Of a DNA stretch of 64,000 nucleotides, positions 52,359-60,742 are shown piece after piece. The notes beneath the pieces are model-generated. The model made no database searches and was not told where the DNA came from. It saw nothing but the letters and a program-made list of their open reading frames with translations. Made by a program: the position numbers and the translations under genes. Source of the stretch: Candidatus Saccharimonadales bacterium (GTDB lineage Bacteria; Patescibacteriota; Saccharimonadia; Saccharimonadales; 2-12-FULL-41-12); the NCBI GenBank assembly GCA_041600715.1, contig JBFIJM010000001.1, positions 673,701 to 737,700 on the forward strand, read 5' to 3'. Position 1 is the first letter of the stretch. Each line of letters starts with the position of its first letter.

Positions 52359-52410
52359 CATGGTAGGGGTAAATCAATTAACACCGCTCTAGGGGGCAAT
52401 ATAACAAGTT

Positions 52411-52869
52411 ATGAAAAATCTATCACAAAAGAAAAAAGAAGAGGGCTTCACTATAATCGAAGTCTTGATCGTACTAGCTATAGCTGGTCTAATTATGCTA
52501 ATAGTATTCTTAGCAGTACCTGCATTACAGCGTAATAGCCGAAATACTCAATACAAGAATCAAGTAGCAGGTTATTCTGCAGCAGTTAATGAATGGAGAA
52601 ATAATAACAGTGGTCGTGCGCCCGCAACAGCTGACCTTGCTACAATCAACGCTCTCGCTGCCGACGGTCCATTAACTGAGCCAACTGCCTTGACTACAGG
52701 CGCGCAGACTGGAAATCCAGCTATCGGCACAATGCAAATACAAGTAGGTCTTACATGTTCCACTACTACTGTCGGAGACACTGTTGCAGGCCCTGCTCGT
52801 TCTGTTGCCATACGCTACTCTGTAGAAAACTCTGCAGGACAACCTGTTAAACAGTGTGTTGGTGCGTAA
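52411..52869 (+). CDS. pilA: type IV major pilin (prepilin)
   Basis: The class III signal peptide is cleaved as MKNLSQKKKEEG / FTIIEVLIVLAIAGLIMLIV, with Phe+1 and Glu+5. A C-terminal Cys pair is present. The gene has its own promoter and terminator. Confidence 0.85.
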   Translation: MKNLSQKKKEEGFTIIEVLIVLAIAGLIMLIVFLAVPALQRNSRNTQYKNQVAGYSAAVNEWRNNNSGRAPATADLATINALAADGPLTEPTALTTGAQTGNPAIGTMQIQVGLTCSTTTVGDTVAGPARSVAIRYSVENSAGQPVKQCVGA

Positions 52870-52886
52870 ATAGTATCAAAACCTTC

Positions 52887-52917
52887 AAAAACGGGGCGTT
52901 AAGCCCCGTTTTTGTTT
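52887..52917 (+). terminator. rho-independent terminator after pilA
   Basis: AAAAACGGGGC-GTTAA-GCCCCGTTTTTGTTT is a GC-rich stem followed by a T-run. Confidence 0.85.
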
Positions 52918-52927
52918 GTGTTAATAT

Positions 52928-53776
52928 ATGCTAATGATTATTGGCTCGCTTATACTAGTTGGACTATGTTTTGGAAGCTTTGTTAATGCCCTGGTTTGGC
53001 GAGTGCACAAACAGAGCAGAAGTAATGGATCCAAGTCCAAAACCAGGGATAAAAAATATTCTATAGTCTTTGGTCGCTCCATGTGTACGCATTGTAGCCA
53101 TGAGCTGGGCGTAAAAGATCTATTGCCAGTCATTAGTTGGCTAGCTCTTGGCGGAAAGTGCCGTTACTGCAAAAAGCAGATTCACTGGCAATATCCTGTA
53201 GTTGAGGCACTAACAGCGGTCTTGTTTGTCATTTCATATGTATTCTGGCCCCGAGAATTAACTGGTTACGAGATAGGATTATTTGGGCTGTGGCTAGTGG
53301 CTATAGTGGGGTTCATGGCCTTGATTGTTTACGACCTAAGGTGGATGCTACTGCCTAATAGAATTGTCTTTCCTCTCTACGGTGTAGGGCTTATTACGGT
53401 TATTTTAAGGGTTCTAAAAGATAATTCCTTTGAGCCACTTGCTATGTCTTTGGCCGGTGTCCTGGTGGGCGGAGGGATATTCTATATACTGTTTGAGATA
53501 TCTAAGGGCAGGTGGATAGGTGGTGGCGACGTAAAACTAGGATTCTTGCTGGGAGCACTCGTTGGTACTCCTGTTCTGGCGATGTTTATGCTGTTTTTGG
53601 CGTCAAGTCTTGGCACTTTATTAGCTCTGCCTCTTTTGGCTACAAAGAAGGTCGGCAGAGGAGCACGGATACCGTTTGGACCATTTTTAATTATTGCTAC
53701 ATTGATTACCGTACTCTTTGGTCAAAATATTGTTGATTGGTACCTAGAAATATCGTTGATTACATCTGACGTTTAG
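52928..53776 (+). CDS. pilD: prepilin peptidase / N-methyltransferase (A24 family)
   Basis: N-terminal Cys motifs (CTHCSHEL...CRYCKKQI). The catalytic Asp motifs are VYDLRWMLLPN and GGGDVKLGFLLG. Confidence 0.9.
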   Translation: MLMIIGSLILVGLCFGSFVNALVWRVHKQSRSNGSKSKTRDKKYSIVFGRSMCTHCSHELGVKDLLPVISWLALGGKCRYCKKQIHWQYPVVEALTAVLFVISYVFWPRELTGYEIGLFGLWLVAIVGFMALIVYDLRWMLLPNRIVFPLYGVGLITVILRVLKDNSFEPLAMSLAGVLVGGGIFYILFEISKGRWIGGGDVKLGFLLGALVGTPVLAMFMLFLASSLGTLLALPLLATKKVGRGARIPFGPFLIIATLITVLFGQNIVDWYLEISLITSDV

Positions 53777-53805
53777 ATAACCCTTATGCTATACTGAAAG
53801 CTAAG

Positions 53806-54603
53806 ATGAGACGTACAGGCACACGTTTGCAATGGTCAAACTCAAGAGGGTACACAATCGTAGAAGTGATGATATTTTTAGTTGTGTCCGGTGCGCTAAT
53901 GGGGTCGGCAATGACAATGATTAGTGGACAAGAAGAAAAAACTCGTTTTTCGCAGTCCGTACGGACTTTTGAGCAAGACATTCAGGATATATTTAATGAT
54001 GTCTCGACTGGATATTATTCTGCTTCAAGCCCAGAGAACGTTAACTTTAAATGCACGCCAGGCGCGTCGGGTAGCGTGTCTGTAACAGCTGGCTCATCAG
54101 AGCAGGGCAGTAACCAAGGCTGTGTATTTTTGGGTAAAATTGTTCAGTTAACTAATGGTAGTGACCAATACTCTGTTTATACGCTCATAAATTCTCGTAC
54201 AGCAGAGACTATAGGGGACATTAAGGGACGTTTGTTAGGTACTGACGCAACAGGTGGGCGCGGGATTGTAGATTCTAGAGAGAACCAAGCAGATCTTGTC
54301 GTAGCAAAGATTATAAGTAAAGCTGACATAACTCGTACCGTCACTGGCTTAGCTCTGATTTCTGACTTTAATGTAACAACTCCAAATGACGGCGTTACAG
54401 GCAATGCATCAAGAGTTACTCTCTACGAGTACACTGGAGGATATTTAAATGATGAGATCACATCTGCTAGCCTGCCATCATCGGCTGGAGTTATCGTATG
54501 CCTAGAGCAGGTTGGTGGCCCCAGGGCATCTGTAGTATTAGACTCTAGAGGTATCCGTTCGGGTGAGACGTCGGTTAATCCGTGGAGCGGGGATTGTAAC
54601 TAA
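53806..54603 (+). CDS. prepilin-type minor pilin
   Basis: The processing site reads ...SNSRG / YTIVEVMIFLVVSGALMG, with Glu+5. Confidence 0.75.
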   Translation: MRRTGTRLQWSNSRGYTIVEVMIFLVVSGALMGSAMTMISGQEEKTRFSQSVRTFEQDIQDIFNDVSTGYYSASSPENVNFKCTPGASGSVSVTAGSSEQGSNQGCVFLGKIVQLTNGSDQYSVYTLINSRTAETIGDIKGRLLGTDATGGRGIVDSRENQADLVVAKIISKADITRTVTGLALISDFNVTTPNDGVTGNASRVTLYEYTGGYLNDEITSASLPSSAGVIVCLEQVGGPRASVVLDSRGIRSGETSVNPWSGDCN

Positions 54604-56108
54604 TGAAGATTTTTAAGAATCAGCGTGGTGACACCATTATGGAAGTTATGATATCTGTTGCCATCCTTAGCCTCATACTCGGCGCGTCGTTTGCGCTAGC
54701 TAATCGTAACTCGCAGGCCAACAGGCAGGCCGAGGAAAGAAGCGAGGCCTATAAGGGGACTGAATCTCAGATGGAATTACTTAAGTCTTTCTTGGGTGCT
54801 AGCTCTACAGCATCATTGCCAGCAGAGGGCTCAAAATTTTGTATGAAAGACGATGGAAGCGGAACTGTTTCGGTGACAGGACTAACTGAGCCCGTTGACC
54901 CTGAGCAGTTTCAAACAAAGATAGAATCTGCCCCCGAGTTATCGGCCTGTAAAAAGGGTGAGTTTTATTATAGCTATATACAGCGTGGAGATACTGCTGG
55001 CACCGACGGGCTAAGTAAAGATACTTTTAGAGTACATACCCGCTGGTACAATGCCTCAGGTACGGGTATAGATGAATCGACAATGGTTCATAGGATTTAT
55101 CCCAACCTAGGCTCCCTAGACGGAGGGTTACTTAATCTGCCAACATGTAGTCCGCATCAATTCATTAATGCTCTAGGCCAATGCGAAAATTGTCCAGCTG
55201 GGGAAGCAAATCCCAGCGGTAATGGAACTGGGTGTACGGAAGTCCCTCCGGAGGTCGAGATTGTTGTCCAAAGACTTAATGACGGGCCAGGCAGGACAAC
55301 AGCCTCTTGTAGTAGTAATGATGTAACTAATGTCCAAAATATACCAGTTAATCTAAGTAGAGCAAGCTACTCCAAAACCATAAACACTAACACGTTATCT
55401 ACTGCATTTTTCTCTAGTGCAGAAAATTTACAGAAAAACACAACCTACTCAATAAGCCCCACATTGCCATTAAGGCACAGCCTGTGCCCAAATCCAGCTA
55501 GTTCTATTACGACAGGAGGCAAAGGTACCGAAATCGCCAAAGGATCTAAGGTGACGATCACACTTAAATATAAGCGTGATTACCCGGCTGTTACACCACT
55601 ACATCGTTGCTATCAGTTCAATACTTTTACAGGAGATAATCGTAGATTTACTAACCATATTTATGTAATTGGCTCTGATAGTAGTATATGTATATCTGGC
55701 ACCAACGGAGGACAGTACGAAGGCGTTATTGGTTATGTGCCGACAGATTGGGTAACAAATAGCACTCCTGTATACGGAGGATTTAACGACAATGATTTTG
55801 ATACTTTTATTACCACTAGCTATTACGAGTATGCACAGGCTTACGTATACGGATGGAACACTGTTGGAAGCCAACCATACAATAGAAATGGTTACTTGGG
55901 ATTCCATTTCTTTGTTAGCGGAGGAGGAAGAAACAATGCAACCTGTAGCGAACCAGATACTATTCCGTTATATCGATGGTGGAGCCCTGGTGTTGGTAAC
56001 CATGTGTATACAACTAGTTTAGGCGAGAATCCCAATTATTATGGAGTAGCAGATGGTGGTGGGAATTTTTATGAAGAAGGAGTGGCTGGGTGCATCTTCC
56101 CAAGCTAA
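54603..56108 (+). CDS. large prepilin-type protein (501 aa) with a Cys-rich module and a triple C-terminal repeat
   Basis: The processing site reads MKIFKNQRG / DTIMEVMISVAILSLILG, with Glu+5. The C-terminal part holds three repeats of a (T/I)P(L/V)(H/Y)-type unit; two contain H(I/V)Y and end in EGV (DUF5648-like), and the middle copy is degenerate. Confidence 0.7.
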   Translation: MKIFKNQRGDTIMEVMISVAILSLILGASFALANRNSQANRQAEERSEAYKGTESQMELLKSFLGASSTASLPAEGSKFCMKDDGSGTVSVTGLTEPVDPEQFQTKIESAPELSACKKGEFYYSYIQRGDTAGTDGLSKDTFRVHTRWYNASGTGIDESTMVHRIYPNLGSLDGGLLNLPTCSPHQFINALGQCENCPAGEANPSGNGTGCTEVPPEVEIVVQRLNDGPGRTTASCSSNDVTNVQNIPVNLSRASYSKTINTNTLSTAFFSSAENLQKNTTYSISPTLPLRHSLCPNPASSITTGGKGTEIAKGSKVTITLKYKRDYPAVTPLHRCYQFNTFTGDNRRFTNHIYVIGSDSSICISGTNGGQYEGVIGYVPTDWVTNSTPVYGGFNDNDFDTFITTSYYEYAQAYVYGWNTVGSQPYNRNGYLGFHFFVSGGGRNNATCSEPDTIPLYRWWSPGVGNHVYTTSLGENPNYYGVADGGGNFYEEGVAGCIFPS

Positions 56109-56116
56109 AATTAATT

Positions 56117-56782
56117 ATGACAAGTAAAAAACGTTTAACAATAATCATTTCAGTCACAATACTTACTGTTGTCAGTGCCGTTGCTTACCTTTTATCCAGT
56201 AGAGAAAACGGCAATAATGTATCAGACTCGTCTCGGAGTGCTGATAAGGACGTGCCTTCACTATGTGAAACTACTAGCGCAGAGAATATTAGTAAGGCTA
56301 TGGGGCGTACATATAAACTTTACGAATCACCAGAAGATAAGCCTGCTCCAGAGTATGAAGCCACGGAGGCAACAGGTCCAGCGCCCGAATTAACTCCACC
56401 AGAGGGTTACGATAGAGGTACAACTCCGAAGCAGGAAAGTAAGTTTGAATCAGATAATTATAAAAACTCTAAAAATCCTAACGTTTCGGAAAACTCTACA
56501 GGTCTATGCGTATATCGGTCTGAGAAGGGCAATGCTGAAGTTTTTGTCTCTAGACTGAACTTTGACAGTGCTGAGCTAGCGAAGAAAAAATTAGATGAAG
56601 ATCAGGGTGTAAAGCGTGAGAGCCTGGATATTAAGGATGGCGGTAAAGCTAGAGTAGTAAAAGATTTTTCTGGTGTAGAGAGGTATGAATTAAGCGTTCT
56701 GGTTGGTAGGGATATATTCACCGTAAGCTTGCCTAAAGAGGATAAAGACAAAGCGGAGAAGTTGATTAATGAAATTATTTAG
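56117..56782 (+). CDS. hypothetical N-terminally anchored protein (non-pilin) within the minor-pilin operon
   Basis: The ATG at 56117 gives MTSKKRLTIIISVTILTVVSAVAYLL. There is no G/FxxxE prepilin motif. The ORF-track start at 56090 overlaps the preceding gene. Confidence 0.5.
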   Translation: MTSKKRLTIIISVTILTVVSAVAYLLSSRENGNNVSDSSRSADKDVPSLCETTSAENISKAMGRTYKLYESPEDKPAPEYEATEATGPAPELTPPEGYDRGTTPKQESKFESDNYKNSKNPNVSENSTGLCVYRSEKGNAEVFVSRLNFDSAELAKKKLDEDQGVKRESLDIKDGGKARVVKDFSGVERYELSVLVGRDIFTVSLPKEDKDKAEKLINEII

Positions 56783-57422
56783 ACGACAGAACTCTGCGGT
56801 TAGCTCGGATCAACAAGGCTTTACGATACTTGAACTACTGATTGCTACCACTGTCTTTAGTGTGATCCTACTAATTGCAACAACCGGAATTATTGCTATT
56901 GGCAAGCTTTACTACAAGGGCATTACAGAGGCACGTACGTCTGATGCAACGAGAGTTGTAATGGAGGAAGTTTCGAGAACGATTCAGTTTAGTAAAGGAA
57001 CAAGGGTGAGTGGTCATAGCTTTGCGCCAGATACTAACATTACACAGTTCTGTGTTGGCGATAGACGCTATACGTTCATGATTAACCAACAAGTTACAGA
57101 TGATAATGCCATAGGTTTGCGCTCACAGACAAAAGCCCCAAGTGATGCCTGCGCGTTAGATGATCCGTTGGTGGGCGATCAGGTGTTGGCCAGCAATATG
57201 AGGCTTTTAGATTTTAGAGTTGAATCTAACCCAACAACTAATAATTTCACTGTAAATATTAAGATTGCATATGGAGATGATGATTTACTTAATCTTTACG
57301 ACGATGATGGTAATAGAAGCTCAATACCGCTTAGCGACGGTCAATGTAAGTCGGGTATTGCGGGTAGTAGCTTCTGCGCCGTAGCACAGCTAGACACGAC
57401 AGTTAAACAACGCTTACAATAG
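56769..57422 (+). CDS. prepilin-type minor pilin (PilW-like)
   Basis: The processing site reads ...SSDQQG / FTILELLIATTVFSVILLIA, with Glu+5. Confidence 0.7.
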   Translation: MKLFRRQNSAVSSDQQGFTILELLIATTVFSVILLIATTGIIAIGKLYYKGITEARTSDATRVVMEEVSRTIQFSKGTRVSGHSFAPDTNITQFCVGDRRYTFMINQQVTDDNAIGLRSQTKAPSDACALDDPLVGDQVLASNMRLLDFRVESNPTTNNFTVNIKIAYGDDDLLNLYDDDGNRSSIPLSDGQCKSGIAGSSFCAVAQLDTTVKQRLQ

Positions 57423-57435
57423 GGGGCATAAGTAT

Positions 57436-58455
57436 ATGAATTATCCAATACAGTACAAAAAAAGTCAGTCAGACCAACAAGGTTTTGTGGCGATCATAGT
57501 AACGGTGACTCTGATGCTGGTTATGACACTAATAGTCTTGGCAATGTCACAAAATTCTAACAGAGAACAACGACAATCGCTGGATCGCCAGCTAAGCGAT
57601 CAAGCATTCTACAATGCTGAGTCGGGTATTAATGATATTTCTAGTTATTTGTATGCTAATCCAGGATCAGATATAGATAACGAAGGCGATTGTACTGTAG
57701 CAGGATTAGACCCTAATATAGATGGCCCAGATGGTGTTAATAAATACTCTTGCATTACCTATAATAAGGCTCCTAAGACATTGGTGTATGACGAGCTGTC
57801 TGTGTCAGCTCCAAAGGTATTCCCGGTTAGAGGCGCAGATTCCGCGGGTAATCCTGTAGCTATAGGGTCACTTACGATAAGTTGGGACGATTCTACTGAC
57901 CGAGATGTCATAATAAATGATGCCCAATGTAATGCCTCTACTCTCTCGACTACCTGTAGTTACGGTGGCGTTAGATTACAACTTATTCGTTCTTTAACTA
58001 GTAGAGATCTAATTAGAAACTCGGCATTCATTGCATATTTACTGCCTAGTACGTCCGGAGATACAGAAATTATTGCAGGACCAAAGCAGGGTGAACTAAA
58101 GGCAGTTAACTGTAGTTCAGCAATTAATAACCGGAGATGCTCTATAACAGTAAGAGGGCTTAACGAGAATAATCTGTATGCAACTATTCAGTCGCTTTAT
58201 AGACCAACCAACGTTACGATATCTGCTACAGACTCTGCAGGGACTAAACTTCGATTAAAAGATGCACAGATAATGATAGACTCAACCGGAAAGGCAAACG
58301 ACATACTTCGACGCATTAGAGTGACTGTACCGGCCTCGGCCCAGTATGATCATCCAGGATTTGGATTGCAGTCCAAAGAGTCTTTGTGTAAGCTCCTAGT
58401 TGTTAAAGAGGGGCAAGTTAGAAACGAAGACCCTGCTGAATGCCCAATTGATTAG
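57436..58455 (+). CDS. PilX-like pilus protein (pilin-like N-terminus lacking Glu+5)
   Basis: The processing site reads ...SQSDQQG / FVAIIVTVTLMLVMTLIVLAMS. This shares the SDQQGF leader with the preceding gene, but position +5 is Ile. Confidence 0.55.
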   Translation: MNYPIQYKKSQSDQQGFVAIIVTVTLMLVMTLIVLAMSQNSNREQRQSLDRQLSDQAFYNAESGINDISSYLYANPGSDIDNEGDCTVAGLDPNIDGPDGVNKYSCITYNKAPKTLVYDELSVSAPKVFPVRGADSAGNPVAIGSLTISWDDSTDRDVIINDAQCNASTLSTTCSYGGVRLQLIRSLTSRDLIRNSAFIAYLLPSTSGDTEIIAGPKQGELKAVNCSSAINNRRCSITVRGLNENNLYATIQSLYRPTNVTISATDSAGTKLRLKDAQIMIDSTGKANDILRRIRVTVPASAQYDHPGFGLQSKESLCKLLVVKEGQVRNEDPAECPID

Positions 58456-59393
58456 TCTGTTTTTCTGTGGAACTTTTCGTGAATTTTCTTTAGGTGTGGA
58501 TCTGTAACGTGGGTATATATTTGGGTTGTAGCAATATTGCTATGACCAAGCATTGCCTGAACAGAGCGAAGGTCTGCTCCGTTCATTAGCAGATCTGTCG
58601 CAAAGCTATGCCGTAGTGTATGAGGGCTTACATGTTTTGTTATGCCAGCAAGTAGTGCATATTTAGCGACCATTCGCTGAACACTACGTGGTGTAAGACG
58701 TAGATAGTTGCCAGAGAAGTCTGGTTTCTTGTGTCCACCAATCCTCACAAAAAGAGCAGGGGATGCGTCTTTCCTCTGTTGGATATACTGCTCGATCCAG
58801 TCGGCAGATTGATCGCTAATAAAGACCGGACGATCTTTTTGTCCTTTACCTCGTACCATAAATTCTTTGCGCTTTAGGTTGATATGATCTTTGTTGAGAC
58901 CACACAATTCTGATACACGCAGACCACTAGAATATAGTAATTCTAAAATTGCGCGATCACGTAGTCCGGCAATGGTCGAAGTATCCGGCTCGTCAAATAA
59001 GCGATGTAATTCTTCTGGACTCAAGAATGTCACTTGGATACGCTTGGTACGCGCCAGTTCGACTTTCTCTGGGCTCATAGCAGTTATGTCGCGTTTTGCG
59101 CAGTATTTAAGGAAACTGCGGAGAGCGATTAAGTGATAATTTTGTGTGCTTTTTTGGAGTTCGTCACTAGTGTTAGTGCCGAGACGATTTAACCATAGTC
59201 TCCATTTGCGGATAAGCTCTGGTGTGATGTCGGTTACTTTAATATCGCCAGCATAGTCTACTAACCTAGTAAGGTAGTGGTGGTAGTTTGCAATGGTTTT
59301 TTGTGATCTGTTTTGCTCGATTTCTAGATACTCCAGAAAATCGACAATCAAGCCTTGTAAGTGCATACGTTTATTGTAGCCCACCCGTTCCAT
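58452..59393 (-). CDS. tyrosine site-specific recombinase (XerC/XerD family)
   Basis: SAM-like N-terminal domain. Catalytic residues lie in ARDRAILELLYSSGLRVSEL, HTLRHSFATDLL and LGHSNIATTQIYTHV. The 3' end overlaps the last pilus gene by 4 nt. Confidence 0.85.
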   Translation of the reverse strand: MERVGYNKRMHLQGLIVDFLEYLEIEQNRSQKTIANYHHYLTRLVDYAGDIKVTDITPELIRKWRLWLNRLGTNTSDELQKSTQNYHLIALRSFLKYCAKRDITAMSPEKVELARTKRIQVTFLSPEELHRLFDEPDTSTIAGLRDRAILELLYSSGLRVSELCGLNKDHINLKRKEFMVRGKGQKDRPVFISDQSADWIEQYIQQRKDASPALFVRIGGHKKPDFSGNYLRLTPRSVQRMVAKYALLAGITKHVSPHTLRHSFATDLLMNGADLRSVQAMLGHSNIATTQIYTHVTDPHLKKIHEKFHRKTD

Positions 59394-59404
59394 TTATACA
59401 CCAC

Positions 59405-59430
59405 CTATCACAAAACTCTCACGATCGTAA
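59405..59430. repeat. left copy of a perfect 26-bp inverted repeat
   Basis: CTATCACAAAACTCTCACGATCGTAA lies in the 48-bp gap between the 157-aa gene and the recombinase start codon. Confidence 0.9.
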
Positions 59431-59441
59431 CAAATGTGTGA

Positions 59442-59915
59442 CTATATTCTTCGACACTCAAAGAGTTGAACATATGATTCAAGACAGTATTGCTCTATCT
59501 CCGCTTTCAGTAATTTCTTATGATCATAATCTGTTGCCCAGACGCTCTTTTGGATCTGTCTAAATGACAACTCTTGCAAGAGTGAGCGCAAGTGATCTCG
59601 TTTTTTTCGTTCAGACTCTGGAATATCAAAGACAACCATCAGGCTGGCTCCTGGTAGTTTTTTAGCAGAGAAGGGTGCAACTTTTCGCATGCCTTTAGAG
59701 GTAAGACGCGCATTACCAAAATCATCATATTCTATGAGCCCAGCTTTTACTGATCTATAGAAAGCGTTTCTCGCTGTATTTTGTTTTATATTGTCGATAC
59801 GATCAAGGTCTGCGAAAAACCGAGAGGGTAAAAATACAAGCTTCAAATTCTGCTCGGTGTATGGGATAAGCGATAGTAATACGTAGTGCGTAGCAGACAT
59901 CGATTTTTTACTCAT
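59442..59915 (-). CDS. putative regulator (N-terminal wHTH-like region plus PaaX/Cas2-like ferredoxin-fold C-terminal region)
   Basis: The C-terminal pattern ASLMVVFDIPESERKKRDHLRSLLQELSFRQIQKSVWA resembles the PaaX C-terminal / Cas2-like motif (vvyDIpe..rk.R..lr..L...Gf..lq.SVw). The assignment is tentative. Confidence 0.45.
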   Translation of the reverse strand: MSKKSMSATHYVLLSLIPYTEQNLKLVFLPSRFFADLDRIDNIKQNTARNAFYRSVKAGLIEYDDFGNARLTSKGMRKVAPFSAKKLPGASLMVVFDIPESERKKRDHLRSLLQELSFRQIQKSVWATDYDHKKLLKAEIEQYCLESYVQLFECRRI

Positions 59916-59938
59916 ACTTTCAATCTATCACAAATGAC

Positions 59939-59964
59939 TTACGATCGTGAGAGTTTTGTGATAG
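59939..59964. repeat. right copy of a perfect 26-bp inverted repeat
   Basis: TTACGATCGTGAGAGTTTTGTGATAG is the exact reverse complement of 59405-59430. It is embedded in the palindrome ATCTATCACAAA-N20-TTTGTGATAGAT (59923-59966). Confidence 0.9.
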
Positions 59965-60031
59965 ATTATGCGAGTGTAATCGGTGTCTGTATCTGTTATA
60001 ATTATTGTATTCAGATAAGCAAGGAACCAAA

Positions 60032-60496
60032 ATGGAACGAACATTAATTATCCTCAAACCCGATGCTGTGCAACGTGGACTTGTTGGCGAGATATCCTCA
60101 AGATTGGAAAATAAAGGCTTGAAGTTAATTGGAGCTAAGATGATGAGATTAGACAGTGCATTGTTAAGGGCTCATTACGCACACATCGTCGACAAGCCAT
60201 TTTATAAAGGTATAGAAGATTTTATGCAGAGCTCGCCGGTAGTTGTCATGGCTTGGCAAGGGTATGAGTGTGTTGATTCTGTACGAAAGCTTGTTGGGGC
60301 TACCAATCCTCGCTTAGCTGATGCTGGTACAATTCGTGGCGACTTGGCTATCGGTCAGGGCAGGAACCTTATACACGCATCTGATAGTAAAGAGAACGGC
60401 GAAGAAGAAATCGCCCGGTTCTTTGATGATGGCGAGGTCTTTGATTACGATAAATCAGAGTACGAACAGGTTTACGAACCCTACGAACGGTCATAG
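60032..60496 (+). CDS. ndk: nucleoside diphosphate kinase
   Basis: MERTLIILKPDAVQRGLVGEI and NLIHASDS (active-site His). I chose the ATG at 60032, which has an AAGGAA RBS. TGTTATAAT is at 59994-60002. The ORF-track start at 60005 is a TTG. Confidence 0.95.
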   Translation: MERTLIILKPDAVQRGLVGEISSRLENKGLKLIGAKMMRLDSALLRAHYAHIVDKPFYKGIEDFMQSSPVVVMAWQGYECVDSVRKLVGATNPRLADAGTIRGDLAIGQGRNLIHASDSKENGEEEIARFFDDGEVFDYDKSEYEQVYEPYERS

Positions 60497-60579
60497 AAAC
60501 TGCTCTTTTACCATATAACTAAACGATTATAGCGCGATCTCCCTCCTGATGGAGAGGAGTCGTGTAAACTAATATGTAT

Positions 60580-60655
60580 GGCCCGGTAGTTCAATGGATA
60601 GAACACCACCGTCCTAAGGTGGGTGTTGGGGGTTCGACTCCCTCCCGGGTCACCA
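60580..60655 (+). tRNA. tRNA-Arg (anticodon CCU), CCA encoded
   Basis: Manual cloverleaf: acceptor GGCCCGG/CCGGGTC, D stem GTTC/GAAC, anticodon stem CCACC/GGTGG with loop GTCCTAA, T arm GGGGG-TTCGACT-CCCTC, discriminator A, then CCA. Confidence 0.9.
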
Positions 60656-60663
60656 GAATAGAG

Positions 60664-60684
60664 CCCCAGTTTATCTGGGGTTTT
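60664..60684 (+). terminator. rho-independent terminator after the tRNA
   Basis: CCCCAG-TTTAT-CTGGGG followed by TTTT. Confidence 0.7.
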
Positions 60685-60742
60685 ACTCTGGTTAGACCCA
60701 TCGCACTACCTCAGTTTGGGCATTAGCGGTATAATATGTCTA

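Noticed and set aside
52338-52535. A 65-aa ORF overlapping the pilA promoter and start.
   Set aside because: It is out of frame with the pilin, which has a textbook prepilin leader. It spans the predicted -10 element and has no RBS.
58452-60684. The tyrosine recombinase close to tRNA-Arg as the signature of an integrated genomic island carrying the pilus locus.
   Set aside because: The recombinase looks like a Xer-type housekeeping enzyme. The regulator-like gene and ndk separate it from the tRNA. I saw no direct repeat of the tRNA 3' end elsewhere in the window. Pilus genes flanked by core genes argue against a recent insertion.
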